In this document: positions 27,907-37,353 of the stretch, piece by piece
Numbering within the stretch: position 1 is the stretch's first letter
Layout of the letters: each line of letters opens with the position of its first letter
NCBI GenBank assembly: GCA_020635975.1
Contig: JACJYT010000003.1
Span: 394,655 to 458,654, forward strand
DNA length: 64,000 nt
Source of the DNA: Chitinophagales bacterium
Lineage (GTDB): Bacteria; Bacteroidota; Bacteroidia; Chitinophagales; UBA8649
Direction of reading: 5' to 3'
The notes under the pieces: model-generated
What the model was told of the DNA's origin: nothing
Seen by the model: only the letters and a program-made list of their open reading frames with translations
Databases searched by the model: none
Program-made: the position numbers and the translations under genes

Positions 27907-29088
27907 ATGAGCACCAATACCAGCAAAATCTCATTCCAAAATACGGAAATAGCTTATGCGCATTTTTCCAACCATGGCTTAAAAAAAGCTGCCGGAGTTT
28001 ATCAGCTTTTGGGAAATAATTTCTTAGTGAATCTTGGAACCGTGCTAACTAAAGTTGCCCTAGCTATACATTTCCCTATTCGGCCCTTTGTGAAGCCACT
28101 TATTTTTAAACAATTTTGTGGTGGGGAAAGCTTGAAGGAATGTTTGCCAAGCATCCACTTATTAGAACAAAAGAGGGTAGATGTAAATCTAAATTATGGC
28201 GTAGAAATTAAAAAGTCGGAGAGGGATTTCGATAAAAGTTTTTGCAAGAATAAAGGAGCTTTAGAGTTTGCCGGAAGAAAGAGAAATGTAAAAGTAGTGT
28301 CGTGCAAACTTTCTGGATTGGGGAATTTTGATTTGCTAGAGAAAAAGCAGAATGCCCAAAGTTTAAGCTCGAAGGAAGAAGCTGCTTTTGAACGAATGAG
28401 AAAGCGCATGGACGATCTTTGTGCTATTGCTAAAGAACAAGATGTTGCTATTTATTGGGATGCCGAAGAAAGTTGGGTGCAAACAGAAATAGATCGCTTG
28501 GTAGACGAGTTCATGCAAAAGTACAATACAGAAAAGGCCATTGTGTTTAATACTTTCCAACTTTACCGAATAGATAAGTTACAATATTTAAAAGATAGTA
28601 TTGAACTAGCAAAAGAAAAGAATTACTTTTTAGGCGCTAAGTTGGTTCGCGGAGCGTATATTGAAAAAGAAAATCAATGGGCAGAAGAGCACGAAGAGGT
28701 TTCTGTATTGCATAGTAAGAAAAAGGATGTGGATCAGGATTATAATGCGGCTTTAGCACTTTGTTTAGATAACATAGATAGGGTATCTTTTTGTGTTGCA
28801 TCGCATAATGAAGAAAGTAATCTTTGGACGGCCAATGAAATGCTAAATAGAGGCATTGCAGCTAACCATCCGCACGTTTCTTTTTCTCAACTATACGGCA
28901 TGGGCGATTTCATTTCCTTTAATCTCTCAGAAGCGGGCTTTAATGTGGTAAAGTACATGCCCTTTGGACCTATAGAAGAAGTTATTCCTTACTTGATTCG
29001 AAGAGCACAAGAAAATTCTAGCGTAGACGGTCAGACTAGCAGAGAATTGAGCATGCTAAAGAAAGAAATTCAACGTAGAAAACTTTAA
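27907..29088 (+). CDS. proline dehydrogenase (monofunctional PRODH)
   Basis: 393 aa. Motifs FKQFCGGES, KLVRGAY, QLYGMGD, RRAQENSS. Confidence 0.75.
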   Translation: MSTNTSKISFQNTEIAYAHFSNHGLKKAAGVYQLLGNNFLVNLGTVLTKVALAIHFPIRPFVKPLIFKQFCGGESLKECLPSIHLLEQKRVDVNLNYGVEIKKSERDFDKSFCKNKGALEFAGRKRNVKVVSCKLSGLGNFDLLEKKQNAQSLSSKEEAAFERMRKRMDDLCAIAKEQDVAIYWDAEESWVQTEIDRLVDEFMQKYNTEKAIVFNTFQLYRIDKLQYLKDSIELAKEKNYFLGAKLVRGAYIEKENQWAEEHEEVSVLHSKKKDVDQDYNAALALCLDNIDRVSFCVASHNEESNLWTANEMLNRGIAANHPHVSFSQLYGMGDFISFNLSEAGFNVVKYMPFGPIEEVIPYLIRRAQENSSVDGQTSRELSMLKKEIQRRKL

Positions 29089-29145
29089 GATATCGCCTAT
29101 AAACTCCTCATATCAGCTAGCAATGATCCCTTCTATAATTTAGCT

Positions 29146-29958
29146 TTGGAAGAATACTTACTAGAAAATTTAGATACACGTACTAGCGATTATTTTCTTC
29201 TTTATGTCAACACCGATAGTGTAGTTGTAGGTCGGAATCAAAATATATTTGAAGAAGTAAATCTTGCATATTGCAAGCAGCATCAAATAGATATTTGTAG
29301 AAGAATTAGTGGGGGAGGAACCGTTTTTCATTTTTTAGGAAATCTCAATTGGTGCCATATTAGTTCTTTCTCCTTAACTAAGGTAAATCGCTACGATTGG
29401 GCTGCAGCGCCGATAATAAACTATTTACTTAGCTTAGGATTAAAACCTTATTTAACGCCAAGAAATGCCATAGAGGTAGGTGCTTTGAAACTTTCTGGAC
29501 AAGCACAATTTACCAATAGGAAAAATGTTTTGAGTCACGGCACCTTGCTCGTAGAGCCAGGACAAAGTAAACTTCAAGCGGCAATTGAAGCTTCTAAATC
29601 TTTAAAAATAAGATCAAAAGCGGCTAGCTCCGTACGAAGTAAAACTAGCTCTATTAGCGAAGTTCTTCAACAAGAACTGAAACTAAGTGCTGTGTTGGAG
29701 TATTTTAGAAATAATGAAAATTTTATAGAGGAAACACTTCCTAAGCTTCCAGTTAATTATCAAAAATTCAGGTCGCACGAATGGATATGGCAACGTTGTC
29801 CGAATTTTTATGCCCAACATAAGTTTGCCGAAGAAGAATTAGAATTGCAAGTAAGCAAGGATAAGATCATAGCTATAAAAAATGAAAAGGGCCATCTCTT
29901 GGTAGATAGCCCTTTCCTGAATCAAACCTATGAAAGTTTTCTTGAATCTTATGGTTGA
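29146..29958 (+). CDS. lplA: lipoate--protein ligase A-like protein (coordinates are the minimal ORF from the first TTG; the true start is probably upstream and non-canonical)
   Basis: RRISGGGTVFHFLGN, KLSGQAQF, SHGTLL and SVRSKTSSI match LplA motifs. The conserved N-terminus KLLISASNDPFYNLA is encoded at 29101-29145, upstream of any ATG, GTG or TTG. Confidence 0.65.
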   Translation: MEEYLLENLDTRTSDYFLLYVNTDSVVVGRNQNIFEEVNLAYCKQHQIDICRRISGGGTVFHFLGNLNWCHISSFSLTKVNRYDWAAAPIINYLLSLGLKPYLTPRNAIEVGALKLSGQAQFTNRKNVLSHGTLLVEPGQSKLQAAIEASKSLKIRSKAASSVRSKTSSISEVLQQELKLSAVLEYFRNNENFIEETLPKLPVNYQKFRSHEWIWQRCPNFYAQHKFAEEELELQVSKDKIIAIKNEKGHLLVDSPFLNQTYESFLESYG

Positions 29959-30572
29959 GAGTATGCAGTTGTTGCAGAACCTTCGATTAAATGATCGTAA
30001 GGAATTCTAGAACCATTAACATATTTCGTTACAAAGGCATCTTTAATTTTCAATTTTCTTATGTTTTGAGCAAACTCGTAAGCCTCATCAGCATCTTTCC
30101 AAGAACCTAAAAAATAATGAATTACGCCATTTACATTTTCGTAGCCTATGGGTTGGTTAAACTTCAATAATTGAGTAAAGTCGAAATAACGGTAAGCACC
30201 AATTTGAACTCTATATTCTGTTCCAGAACTAGCATACATGCTTTTTTCTGTACTTGTTTCTACATTAGCAGGAGCAGTCTGCATATTTTGCATTTTAGCT
30301 TGAAGCTCCATAATACTGTCGTAATAAAGGGTTCTTAAGTAATCTGCCTTGTAGTAATCTTCTTTTACTTCGTTTAATTCTACATCGTAAGCATCAATTT
30401 GCTCTTTGTAGTTTTTAATCATTTTTCTATAAGAACTCGGATTCTTAATATATTCTTTAAGTTCCGCTTTGGTTTTTTTGTCCATTTCTTTCATGGTAGT
30501 TTGTGCACTAGCTTCTTGGATATAACAAAAAGATAAAATGGAAATTATTGCAATGTTTAAGTAAAGCTTCAT
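29949..30572 (-). CDS. secreted protein with a C-terminal SPOR-like domain
   Basis: Signal peptide and coiled-coil region, then EYRVQIGAYRYF...FLGSWKDADEAYEFAQ. It overlaps the convergent lplA-like gene by 10 nt. Confidence 0.45.
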   Translation of the reverse strand: MKLYLNIAIISILSFCYIQEASAQTTMKEMDKKTKAELKEYIKNPSSYRKMIKNYKEQIDAYDVELNEVKEDYYKADYLRTLYYDSIMELQAKMQNMQTAPANVETSTEKSMYASSGTEYRVQIGAYRYFDFTQLLKFNQPIGYENVNGVIHYFLGSWKDADEAYEFAQNIRKLKIKDAFVTKYVNGSRIPYDHLIEGSATTAYSQP

Positions 30573-30717
30573 AGTTAGTTATTTAGTATCACAAACTTAC
30601 TTGCATTTTAAAGCCCAAAAAAATCGCTAATTGTTGATAATGATACTAGGGTATAGTTTATAGGACAACTTTTTTTTGTATCTTGCTAGGAATTTTAAGC
30701 ACCTAAAATAAAATAGA

Positions 30718-31191
30718 ATGAAAACTGCAAACGAATGGTTCGAAGCTTACGGAGCGAGTCACCAAAACAAAACCAATAAATTTATTCACTGGGTTTGTAT
30801 TCCGCTTATTATGTTTAGTCTCTTTGGTTTACTGATGGCTATTCCTATGCCGGCCGACTTATTTAGTTTTTACTTTAATGCAGCAAGTCTCGTTTTAGTT
30901 GCTGCTCTAGTTTTTTATTTCCGACTTTCCCTTAGTCTCTTTTTAGGTTTTCTATTTATCGGATGGCTTATGTTATTGGGTAATTATTTCTTATTCATGA
31001 AATTGGGCATGAATAACGGCATGTTAGCTATTGTTTCTATAGCGATCTTTGTATTAGCTTGGGTTGGTCAGTTTATCGGACATAAAATAGAAGGCGCTAA
31101 ACCTTCTTTTTTTGAAGATTTACAATTTTTATTAATTGGTCCAGCTTGGTTACTTCATTTTATCTATAAAAAAATTGGACTAAAATTCTAG
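30718..31191 (+). CDS. Mpo1-like (DUF962) membrane protein
   Basis: HQNKTNKFIHWVCIPLI and GHKIEGAKPSFFEDLQFLLIGP are characteristic. Confidence 0.65.
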   Translation: MKTANEWFEAYGASHQNKTNKFIHWVCIPLIMFSLFGLLMAIPMPADLFSFYFNAASLVLVAALVFYFRLSLSLFLGFLFIGWLMLLGNYFLFMKLGMNNGMLAIVSIAIFVLAWVGQFIGHKIEGAKPSFFEDLQFLLIGPAWLLHFIYKKIGLKF

Positions 31192-31252
31192 CTTTGGCAT
31201 AATACTTGCCTTAACTTTACTCGTTCAATTTTAACCACTTAGATTATACTTT

Positions 31253-32089
31253 ATGAGAAAATATTTTTTGCTTGCAATAAGCATATTTACCTTGAATTTA
31301 TGCTTGGCTCAAGATGCAGCAAGTGTAGTAGACAAAATGATTAATGCACTGAGTGCTGGAAAAACCTTCGAGTATACTATGGCTCAAACAGAGCGAATTA
31401 ATGGCACCATGCATAAGAATAAAATATTTACCAAGGTACAGGAAAGTCCAAAGAAGGTTTTTATCGATAACATTGAAGGAGCAAATAAAGGCGTTCAAGT
31501 AATGTATGCCACTGGCGAAAGAGATAACAAGGCCTATGTAAATAAATTATTTGGAGTAAAGCTAAGTCCGTTTAATGGCATGATAAGAAAGAACCAGCAT
31601 CATACCTTACTCGAAAGTGGTTTTGGTTTATTGCTTCGTTCGATTAAAGATGCCAAGAAAAGAGCCTTGGCCGAAAATGCCTTCGATAAGGTGTTTAGCT
31701 TAGAGGGTAGCGTAACTTTTGATGGCAAATCTTGTTACAAGCTAGTCTTAAACGACCCAACATTTAGCTATGTTAATTATACTATCGCCGCTGGCGAAAC
31801 GCTTTACAGTATCAGTATGAAAAAGAATATTTGCGAGCAGTTAATCTTAGAAGCAAATAGTAATTTGAATAGCTTCGACGATGGTAAGGCTGGAAATGTC
31901 ATTAAGATTCCTAGCTCTTATGCTAAGAAAACTATTCTTTATATCGACAAGGCAACCATGTATCCCATCTACCAAGAAATGCACGACGACAAAGGACTTT
32001 TTGAAAAGTATGAGTTTTACGGCATGAAGGTAAATCCTGCTTTTAGCGCTATGGATTTCTCTACCGACAATCCTGCTTATAATTTTTAA
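31253..32089 (+). CDS. secreted LysM-domain protein
   Basis: Signal peptide. LysM-like YTIAAGETLYSISMKKNICEQLILEANSNL...GNVIKIP. Confidence 0.5.
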   Translation: MRKYFLLAISIFTLNLCLAQDAASVVDKMINALSAGKTFEYTMAQTERINGTMHKNKIFTKVQESPKKVFIDNIEGANKGVQVMYATGERDNKAYVNKLFGVKLSPFNGMIRKNQHHTLLESGFGLLLRSIKDAKKRALAENAFDKVFSLEGSVTFDGKSCYKLVLNDPTFSYVNYTIAAGETLYSISMKKNICEQLILEANSNLNSFDDGKAGNVIKIPSSYAKKTILYIDKATMYPIYQEMHDDKGLFEKYEFYGMKVNPAFSAMDFSTDNPAYNF

Positions 32090-32094
32090 GTGCT

Positions 32095-32592
32095 ATGGAA
32101 AGGCATATCTGGATATTCCGTCATGCGAAATCCTCTTGGACTAATGCTGGAGTCTTAGATGATATTGATAGAACGCTTACACCAAGAGGCGTTCAGGATG
32201 CCTATAACATGGGAGAGCGTTTATTAGCCAGTGGCAAGTTACCTAGTTGTATTCTTACTAGTCCTGCCAACAGGGCTTTGCATACAGCAGCCATCATTGC
32301 CAAAACAATAAATTTTAAATACGAAAACCTATTGCTCGAAGCCAGCTTGTATCATGCAAGTGCCGAAGAGCTAATGCGAGTTTTGCAAAGTTTTCCCAAA
32401 GAGTGTACGCATATAGCTATTTTCGCTCATAACCCTGGAATTACAGATTTTGCTTGGCAAAGTGGTGAGGAGATTCTAAATGTATCTACTTGTGGCGTCT
32501 TACACTACAAAACAGAGCTTGAAAGCTGGAGCGATTTGAATTTTTCGAAGCTAAAGTTTCTCTCTTACGATAGTCCTAAAAAGCTCTTATAA
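32095..32592 (+). CDS. sixA: phosphohistidine phosphatase SixA-like (histidine phosphatase superfamily)
   Basis: 165 aa. Motifs IWIFRHAKS and SPANRALHTA. Confidence 0.65.
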   Translation: MERHIWIFRHAKSSWTNAGVLDDIDRTLTPRGVQDAYNMGERLLASGKLPSCILTSPANRALHTAAIIAKTINFKYENLLLEASLYHASAEELMRVLQSFPKECTHIAIFAHNPGITDFAWQSGEEILNVSTCGVLHYKTELESWSDLNFSKLKFLSYDSPKKLL

Positions 32593-34173
32593 GCGAAATA
32601 TTTTCATTTCTTGTTCGAGCGGGTTAAAGCTAGAAAGAAGGCTATCCAATGCCGTAGCTGAATGGCGAATATACCATTCTAAAAAATTGGTTCTTCTTTC
32701 TTGTAGAGTCTGCTCTGGAAAAAGTTTCTCTTTTATTTTTTCTAGCTGATTCAATTTTTGCTCATGCAGTTTCTTTTCTGCTCTTAAGAGTTTTGCTTCT
32801 AAATTGCTGAAGGAGTTGAGTACTTTTTGTTGCTCTGCTTCAACGCTTTGACTAAGATTTTTTTCGATTAAACTAGCTGTGTGCTTAATTTTCTCAAATA
32901 AGGCTATCAATGCCTCTCTTTCTTCATGTAACTCTAACTCGTGCTCTGTGTCGGCCTCTACTAATGCTTTTTTTAGCTGGTCTAAATCTTCAAACATACG
33001 CTCAATTCCAAGCCCCCAAGAGCTAAGTTTATCGAGTTGATTGGCGGCTAAGTTGATGGCCATATCGCGAAGTAGTATCACAGGTTCTTGAATCTGGTGT
33101 TTCGCAAAAAGATCCTTTAACTGCAACCAATATGAAACTTCCCCTGGTCCACCTATGAAAGCAATATTGGGTAGCACGCTTTCTTGATATAAAGGGCGTA
33201 AAATTACGTTTGGACTAAAAGCCTCAATTTGCTCTTTTAGGGCAGTTTTCATTTCTGTTTCGCTGAATGACATTGAAGTATTAACGAGATGAAATTCTGA
33301 ATCTTTTCGCTCTATTCTTTCTCGCTTGTTTTCGCTTAAATAAAAGACATTTATCTCTCTAGAATTGGCTTGAACATGGTAATTTTCAGCAAGGAATTTT
33401 TCATTTTTTTCTAAAGCGAGATTAGCGCTATTGTTAAAAATCTCATCTTCTAATACCGCTTTAAAACTTTTCTTGAGTAAAGCATCATCTTGATCTAGCA
33501 CCAATAAGCCATAAGATGAAAACAAACTTAGTATCCACTCTTGGAAAGCCTTTCCGTAGCTAATTTCTTTCTGGAAATACTTGGCGATATTCTGGTAAAT
33601 AAATTGGGCTTCCTCACTGCTACCAAGAACTTGTTCGAGCTCTTGTAAAACAAGATCCATGCCCTCTAAGGAAAGTCGACCAACAGCACCTGTACTTGCT
33701 CTGTTCCACTCTAATTTTTTAGCATAAATATAGGTGTGATTTACCTCTTCAAAATCATGGTCTTCGCTGCCCATCCAATAAACTGGAACAAAATTATCCT
33801 CCGGAAATTTTTCTTTACATAGTCGAGCTAATTTTATAGCACTAAGTATTTTATAAATAAAATACGAAGGACCTGTAAATAGGCATAATTGATGTGCCGT
33901 GGTAATCGTAAAGGTATTTGCAGCTTGGAGGCTAGTCAAATTGTTTTCTTGTTCTACGCTTAGTTGAAAGTTAAGGTATTGCCCCCTTAATGCTCGGTAT
34001 AAGTTATCTCTTGAAGTGAAATTTGCCTTGGCCTGTTTGGCTAGAGCTAAGCCTTCCCAAGAGGGAGCAAAGCTATACAGTTGCTTTAGTTTTTCCTCCT
34101 GACTCAAATAATCTTGCACCAAGCTTGGTAATAAGCCGAGTTCAGAAAGCGCTATTTTCTTTTCTAAAATCAT
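32587..34173 (-). CDS. bshC: bacillithiol biosynthesis cysteine-adding enzyme BshC-like
   Basis: 528 aa. The N-terminal LPSLVQDYL, the GGPGEVSYW motif and the C-terminal coiled coil fit my recollection of BshC. A 4-nt overlap with rimO suggests an operon. Confidence 0.6.
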   Translation of the reverse strand: MILEKKIALSELGLLPSLVQDYLSQEEKLKQLYSFAPSWEGLALAKQAKANFTSRDNLYRALRGQYLNFQLSVEQENNLTSLQAANTFTITTAHQLCLFTGPSYFIYKILSAIKLARLCKEKFPEDNFVPVYWMGSEDHDFEEVNHTYIYAKKLEWNRASTGAVGRLSLEGMDLVLQELEQVLGSSEEAQFIYQNIAKYFQKEISYGKAFQEWILSLFSSYGLLVLDQDDALLKKSFKAVLEDEIFNNSANLALEKNEKFLAENYHVQANSREINVFYLSENKRERIERKDSEFHLVNTSMSFSETEMKTALKEQIEAFSPNVILRPLYQESVLPNIAFIGGPGEVSYWLQLKDLFAKHQIQEPVILLRDMAINLAANQLDKLSSWGLGIERMFEDLDQLKKALVEADTEHELELHEEREALIALFEKIKHTASLIEKNLSQSVEAEQQKVLNSFSNLEAKLLRAEKKLHEQKLNQLEKIKEKLFPEQTLQERRTNFLEWYIRHSATALDSLLSSFNPLEQEMKIFRL

Positions 34174-35483
34174 TCTACTAATTCACCAATTAAATCGAAA
34201 TCGCTACAATCTGTAATTTTTACCTCAGCGAATTCTCCAATAGATAAATATTGTTGGGTGGCATCTACAAGCACTTCGTTATCTACATCCGGACTATCAT
34301 ATTCAGTTCTACCAATAAAATAATCGCCTTCTTTCTTATCGAAAAGTACTTTAAAGCTTTTGCCTACTTTCTCTTCATTTAATTGGTAAGATATTTCTTG
34401 TTGAACTTCCATCAGTTGATTGGCTCGTTCAATCTTTAGTTCTTCCGGAATATTATCTTCTAATTTATAGGCATGCGTTCCTTCTTCGTGAGAATAGGTG
34501 AAAATGCCAAGTCGCTCAAAGCGCATTTCTTCTATAAATTCTTGCAATTCAGCAATGTCCGCATCCGTTTCATTAGGATAGCCAACTAACATGGTGGTTC
34601 TGATGGCTATGTCGGGTAAAATACTTCTAATTTCTTGGATGGTATTTCTAGTATCTTGATTGGTAAGATTTCTTCGCATACTTTTCAGCACCTTATTGGC
34701 TGCATGTTGTAGAGGAATATCTAGGTAGTTACAGATTTTGTCTTGTCGAGCCATCGTTTCGATAACATCCATCGGAAACTGGGCAGGATAAGCATAATGT
34801 AAACGAATCCATTCTATACCTTCAATTTCGCAAAGAGTATCTAAAAGGGTAGATAGCGAACGTTTTTTATATATGTCGAGACCATAAAAAGTTAGCTCTT
34901 GTGCAATGAGCATGATTTCTTTCACGCCTTTTGCGGCCAGATTACTTACTTCCTTTACAAGCTCTTCTGTAGGTTTGGATATATGCTTACCGCGCATAAT
35001 TGGGATGGCACAAAAAGAGCAAGTTCTATTGCAGCCTTCCGAAATTTTCACATAAGCGTAATGTTGCGGTGTGGTTAGTAGGCGTTCGCCCACTAATTCG
35101 TGCTTGTAATCGGCTTTAAAAGTTTTTAGCAAGGCAGGAAGCTCTCTAGTGCCATAGTAGGCATCCACTTCTGGTATGGCTTCTTCTAAATTGTCTTTAT
35201 AACGTTGCGATAAACAGCCAGTAACATATAATTTATCAATAGCTCCATTCTTCTTAGCTTCAGCATATTGAATAATGGTATTAATAGATTCTTCTTTGGC
35301 TTTATCGATAAAACCACAAGTATTAACGATTACGATGTTGAAATCGTCGTTTACCGATTCGTGCACTACGTCTATTTGGTTGCCTTGCAGCTGACTCATC
35401 AATACTTCTGAATCTACTACATTTTTAGAGCAGCCTAAGGTAACCACGTTCACCTTATTTTTTTTGAGTGTTCTTGTTTTCAT
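34170..35483 (-). CDS. rimO: ribosomal protein S12 methylthiotransferase
   Basis: MTTase N-domain (KVNVVTLGCSKNVVDSE), radical-SAM CNRTCSFC and a C-terminal TRAM domain. The start is set to the ATG at 35483 because a TACCTTTG -7 box lies at 35495-35502, inside the longer track ORF. Confidence 0.85.
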   Translation of the reverse strand: MKTRTLKKNKVNVVTLGCSKNVVDSEVLMSQLQGNQIDVVHESVNDDFNIVIVNTCGFIDKAKEESINTIIQYAEAKKNGAIDKLYVTGCLSQRYKDNLEEAIPEVDAYYGTRELPALLKTFKADYKHELVGERLLTTPQHYAYVKISEGCNRTCSFCAIPIMRGKHISKPTEELVKEVSNLAAKGVKEIMLIAQELTFYGLDIYKKRSLSTLLDTLCEIEGIEWIRLHYAYPAQFPMDVIETMARQDKICNYLDIPLQHAANKVLKSMRRNLTNQDTRNTIQEIRSILPDIAIRTTMLVGYPNETDADIAELQEFIEEMRFERLGIFTYSHEEGTHAYKLEDNIPEELKIERANQLMEVQQEISYQLNEEKVGKSFKVLFDKKEGDYFIGRTEYDSPDVDNEVLVDATQQYLSIGEFAEVKITDCSDFDLIGELVE

Positions 35484-35494
35484 AATTTGCGTAG

Positions 35495-35502
35495 CAAAGG
35501 TA
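35495..35502 (-). promoter_or_regulatory. -7 promoter box (TACCTTTG on the minus strand) upstream of rimO
   Basis: Plus-strand CAAAGGTA, 11 nt before the ATG at 35483. Confidence 0.45.
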
Positions 35503-35628
35503 AACAATGTTTTAGAAGTATGAGAAGAATACCATAATCCTAGACTTAGTTTGAAAGACTTGCAAGCCATAACCCCTAAGCTTGAAATTTAGTTCTTTAA
35601 AGGCTTGTCTTTCCATGTAGATAGCCCT

Positions 35629-36093
35629 TTAAGCTAGTAGTTTTTTTAGTAAGCTTACTTGTCCGAGGTGGTAATAACTGTGTTCTATGAGTCCTTCGAT
35701 GTTTCTTTCGTAAGAACCGTATTTCGGATCATGGAAGTCTTCTTGAAGTTTTTCTCGACTTAATTTTTCGAGTGCAAGAGCAAAGTTCTCGGCATTCGTT
35801 TCTAATTCAAGAACCAATTGTTGCCATGCTTTTTCACTTTCTATTGGTGAAGCATCTAAACTGTATTTATCGCTTATTGTCAAAGGTCCACCTTGAAGAA
35901 CCTGAAGCACGCCAGCTAAGTAGTAATTAACATGAAAATAGAGTAGTGCTATGCTATTGTGCTTACCGGTGGTAGCACGAGCAAGTTTCCAATCGATACT
36001 TTTGGCTAGCTTCGAGAAATTCGTATTGGCTATCCAAGTTCCGTTTAAAAAGACTTCTCTAATTCTATTGGCTAGTTCTTGATTGCGGTTCAT
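35629..36093 (-). CDS. DinB-superfamily protein
   Basis: 154 aa, four-helix-bundle-like, with the conserved His pattern (FHVNYYLAG ... IEHSYYHLGQ). Confidence 0.55.
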   Translation of the reverse strand: MNRNQELANRIREVFLNGTWIANTNFSKLAKSIDWKLARATTGKHNSIALLYFHVNYYLAGVLQVLQGGPLTISDKYSLDASPIESEKAWQQLVLELETNAENFALALEKLSREKLQEDFHDPKYGSYERNIEGLIEHSYYHLGQVSLLKKLLA

Positions 36094-36221
36094 GTTCTTT
36101 TTTTATGGAAGAAAATACGAGAATAAAGCTACGCGAAGTAAGGAGCTTTTCCAAGTGCCATTTATTCTTAGTTCTTGAGGAATTATATTGTTCAATAGGA
36201 GCGCAACAAATACAAATACAC

Positions 36222-36229
36222 TATATTTG
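36222..36229 (+). promoter_or_regulatory. -7 promoter box TATATTTG upstream of porQ
   Basis: Exact TAnnTTTG match, 29 nt before the ATG at 36259. Confidence 0.45.
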
Positions 36230-36258
36230 TTTTTTTTGCGTTTAGCATAGTACAAAAC

Positions 36259-37353
36259 ATGCAGGTAAGAGTAGTCATTTTATTTTTGATTTTAGGTGTA
36301 AGCAGCATTCAAGCACAAATAGGAGGGAAGAGCACTTATCAGTTTTTGGCTATGCCTGTTTCGGCAAGAGCCACAGCACAAGGTGGTATTTATAATCATC
36401 TTTACGAAAATGATGCAAGTTTAGCTTTAGGAAATCCTGCAATGTTGCAAGCTTCTATGCATAAGTATATGGGACTATCTTATGCACCTTATTTTGCTGG
36501 AAGTCATGCGGCGAGTTTTTCTTATGTACATGCCTTTAAATTGGCGAATTTTCAATTTGGCTCGCAGTTTATGAACTACGGCAAGATGATAGAGTACGAT
36601 GAGTTAGGAAACGATCAAGGTTTGTTTAATGTTACGGATATGGCCCTAATAGTTGGGGCGGGTAGGGCATATAAGGAGAAGTACAAATTTGGAGCGAATG
36701 CAAAGTTGGCTTATTCGCAAATAGAAACGTATTCAAGCTTAGGTATGGCCTTCGATTTATCGGCAATGTATGTCGATTCTGCTAAATATTTTTCTGCCTC
36801 CTTAGTTATACGAAATGTGGGCTTTCAAATGAAGGCTTATACTAAGGGAAAGGGGAGTCAAGAGTTGATGCCGACCGATATTCAATTTGGCATTTCTAAG
36901 CGATTTAAATTTTTACCATTTAGAATTAATGTAACGGCCCACAACTTTACCAGGTGGGATGTGCGCTATGACGACCCGAATGCCAATACCCAAACATCCA
37001 GTAATATTTTTGATCAAGAAGAAGCGGAGCCTAAGAAGGCTGCGGTCTTCTTTGATAATTTTATGCGTCATTTAATAATTGGAGGCGAATTTCAATTTGG
37101 GAAAGCCTTTAACTTGGGCTTCGCCTACAACCATCATCGTAGAGCCGAACTGGGCTTGGCGGGCAGAGGCGGACTTTCGGGCTTTAGTGCAGGCTTTGGA
37201 ATCAAAATTAAGCGCATACAAATTCAATATGGTGTCGCTAAATTTGCAGCTAAAGGCAGTTCCAATCAAATTAGCTTTAACATCAATTTAGGCGAGCAAG
37301 TAAAAACTAAAAAAGCAAAAACTTCTAATCATGGCGAAAATACCTCTAACTAA
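36259..37353 (+). CDS. porQ: T9SS outer-membrane beta-barrel protein PorQ-like
   Basis: Signal peptide followed by GGKSTYQFLAMPVSARATAQGG, the hallmark PorQ N-terminal motif, then alternating beta-strand sequence. Confidence 0.6.
   Translation: MQVRVVILFLILGVSSIQAQIGGKSTYQFLAMPVSARATAQGGIYNHLYENDASLALGNPAMLQASMHKYMGLSYAPYFAGSHAASFSYVHAFKLANFQFGSQFMNYGKMIEYDELGNDQGLFNVTDMALIVGAGRAYKEKYKFGANAKLAYSQIETYSSLGMAFDLSAMYVDSAKYFSASLVIRNVGFQMKAYTKGKGSQELMPTDIQFGISKRFKFLPFRINVTAHNFTRWDVRYDDPNANTQTSSNIFDQEEAEPKKAAVFFDNFMRHLIIGGEFQFGKAFNLGFAYNHHRRAELGLAGRGGLSGFSAGFGIKIKRIQIQYGVAKFAAKGSSNQISFNINLGEQVKTKKAKTSNHGENTSN

Noticed and set aside
35484-35570. N-terminal extensions of longest-ORF calls: rimO (35484..35570), sqr (59439..59543), wzx (24001..24045), WYL gene (20633..20707) and lipoprotein (41218..41241).
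   Set aside because: The extensions encode non-conserved, odd peptides ahead of canonical family N-termini or signal peptides. For rimO and wzx, a -7 promoter box lies inside the extension.
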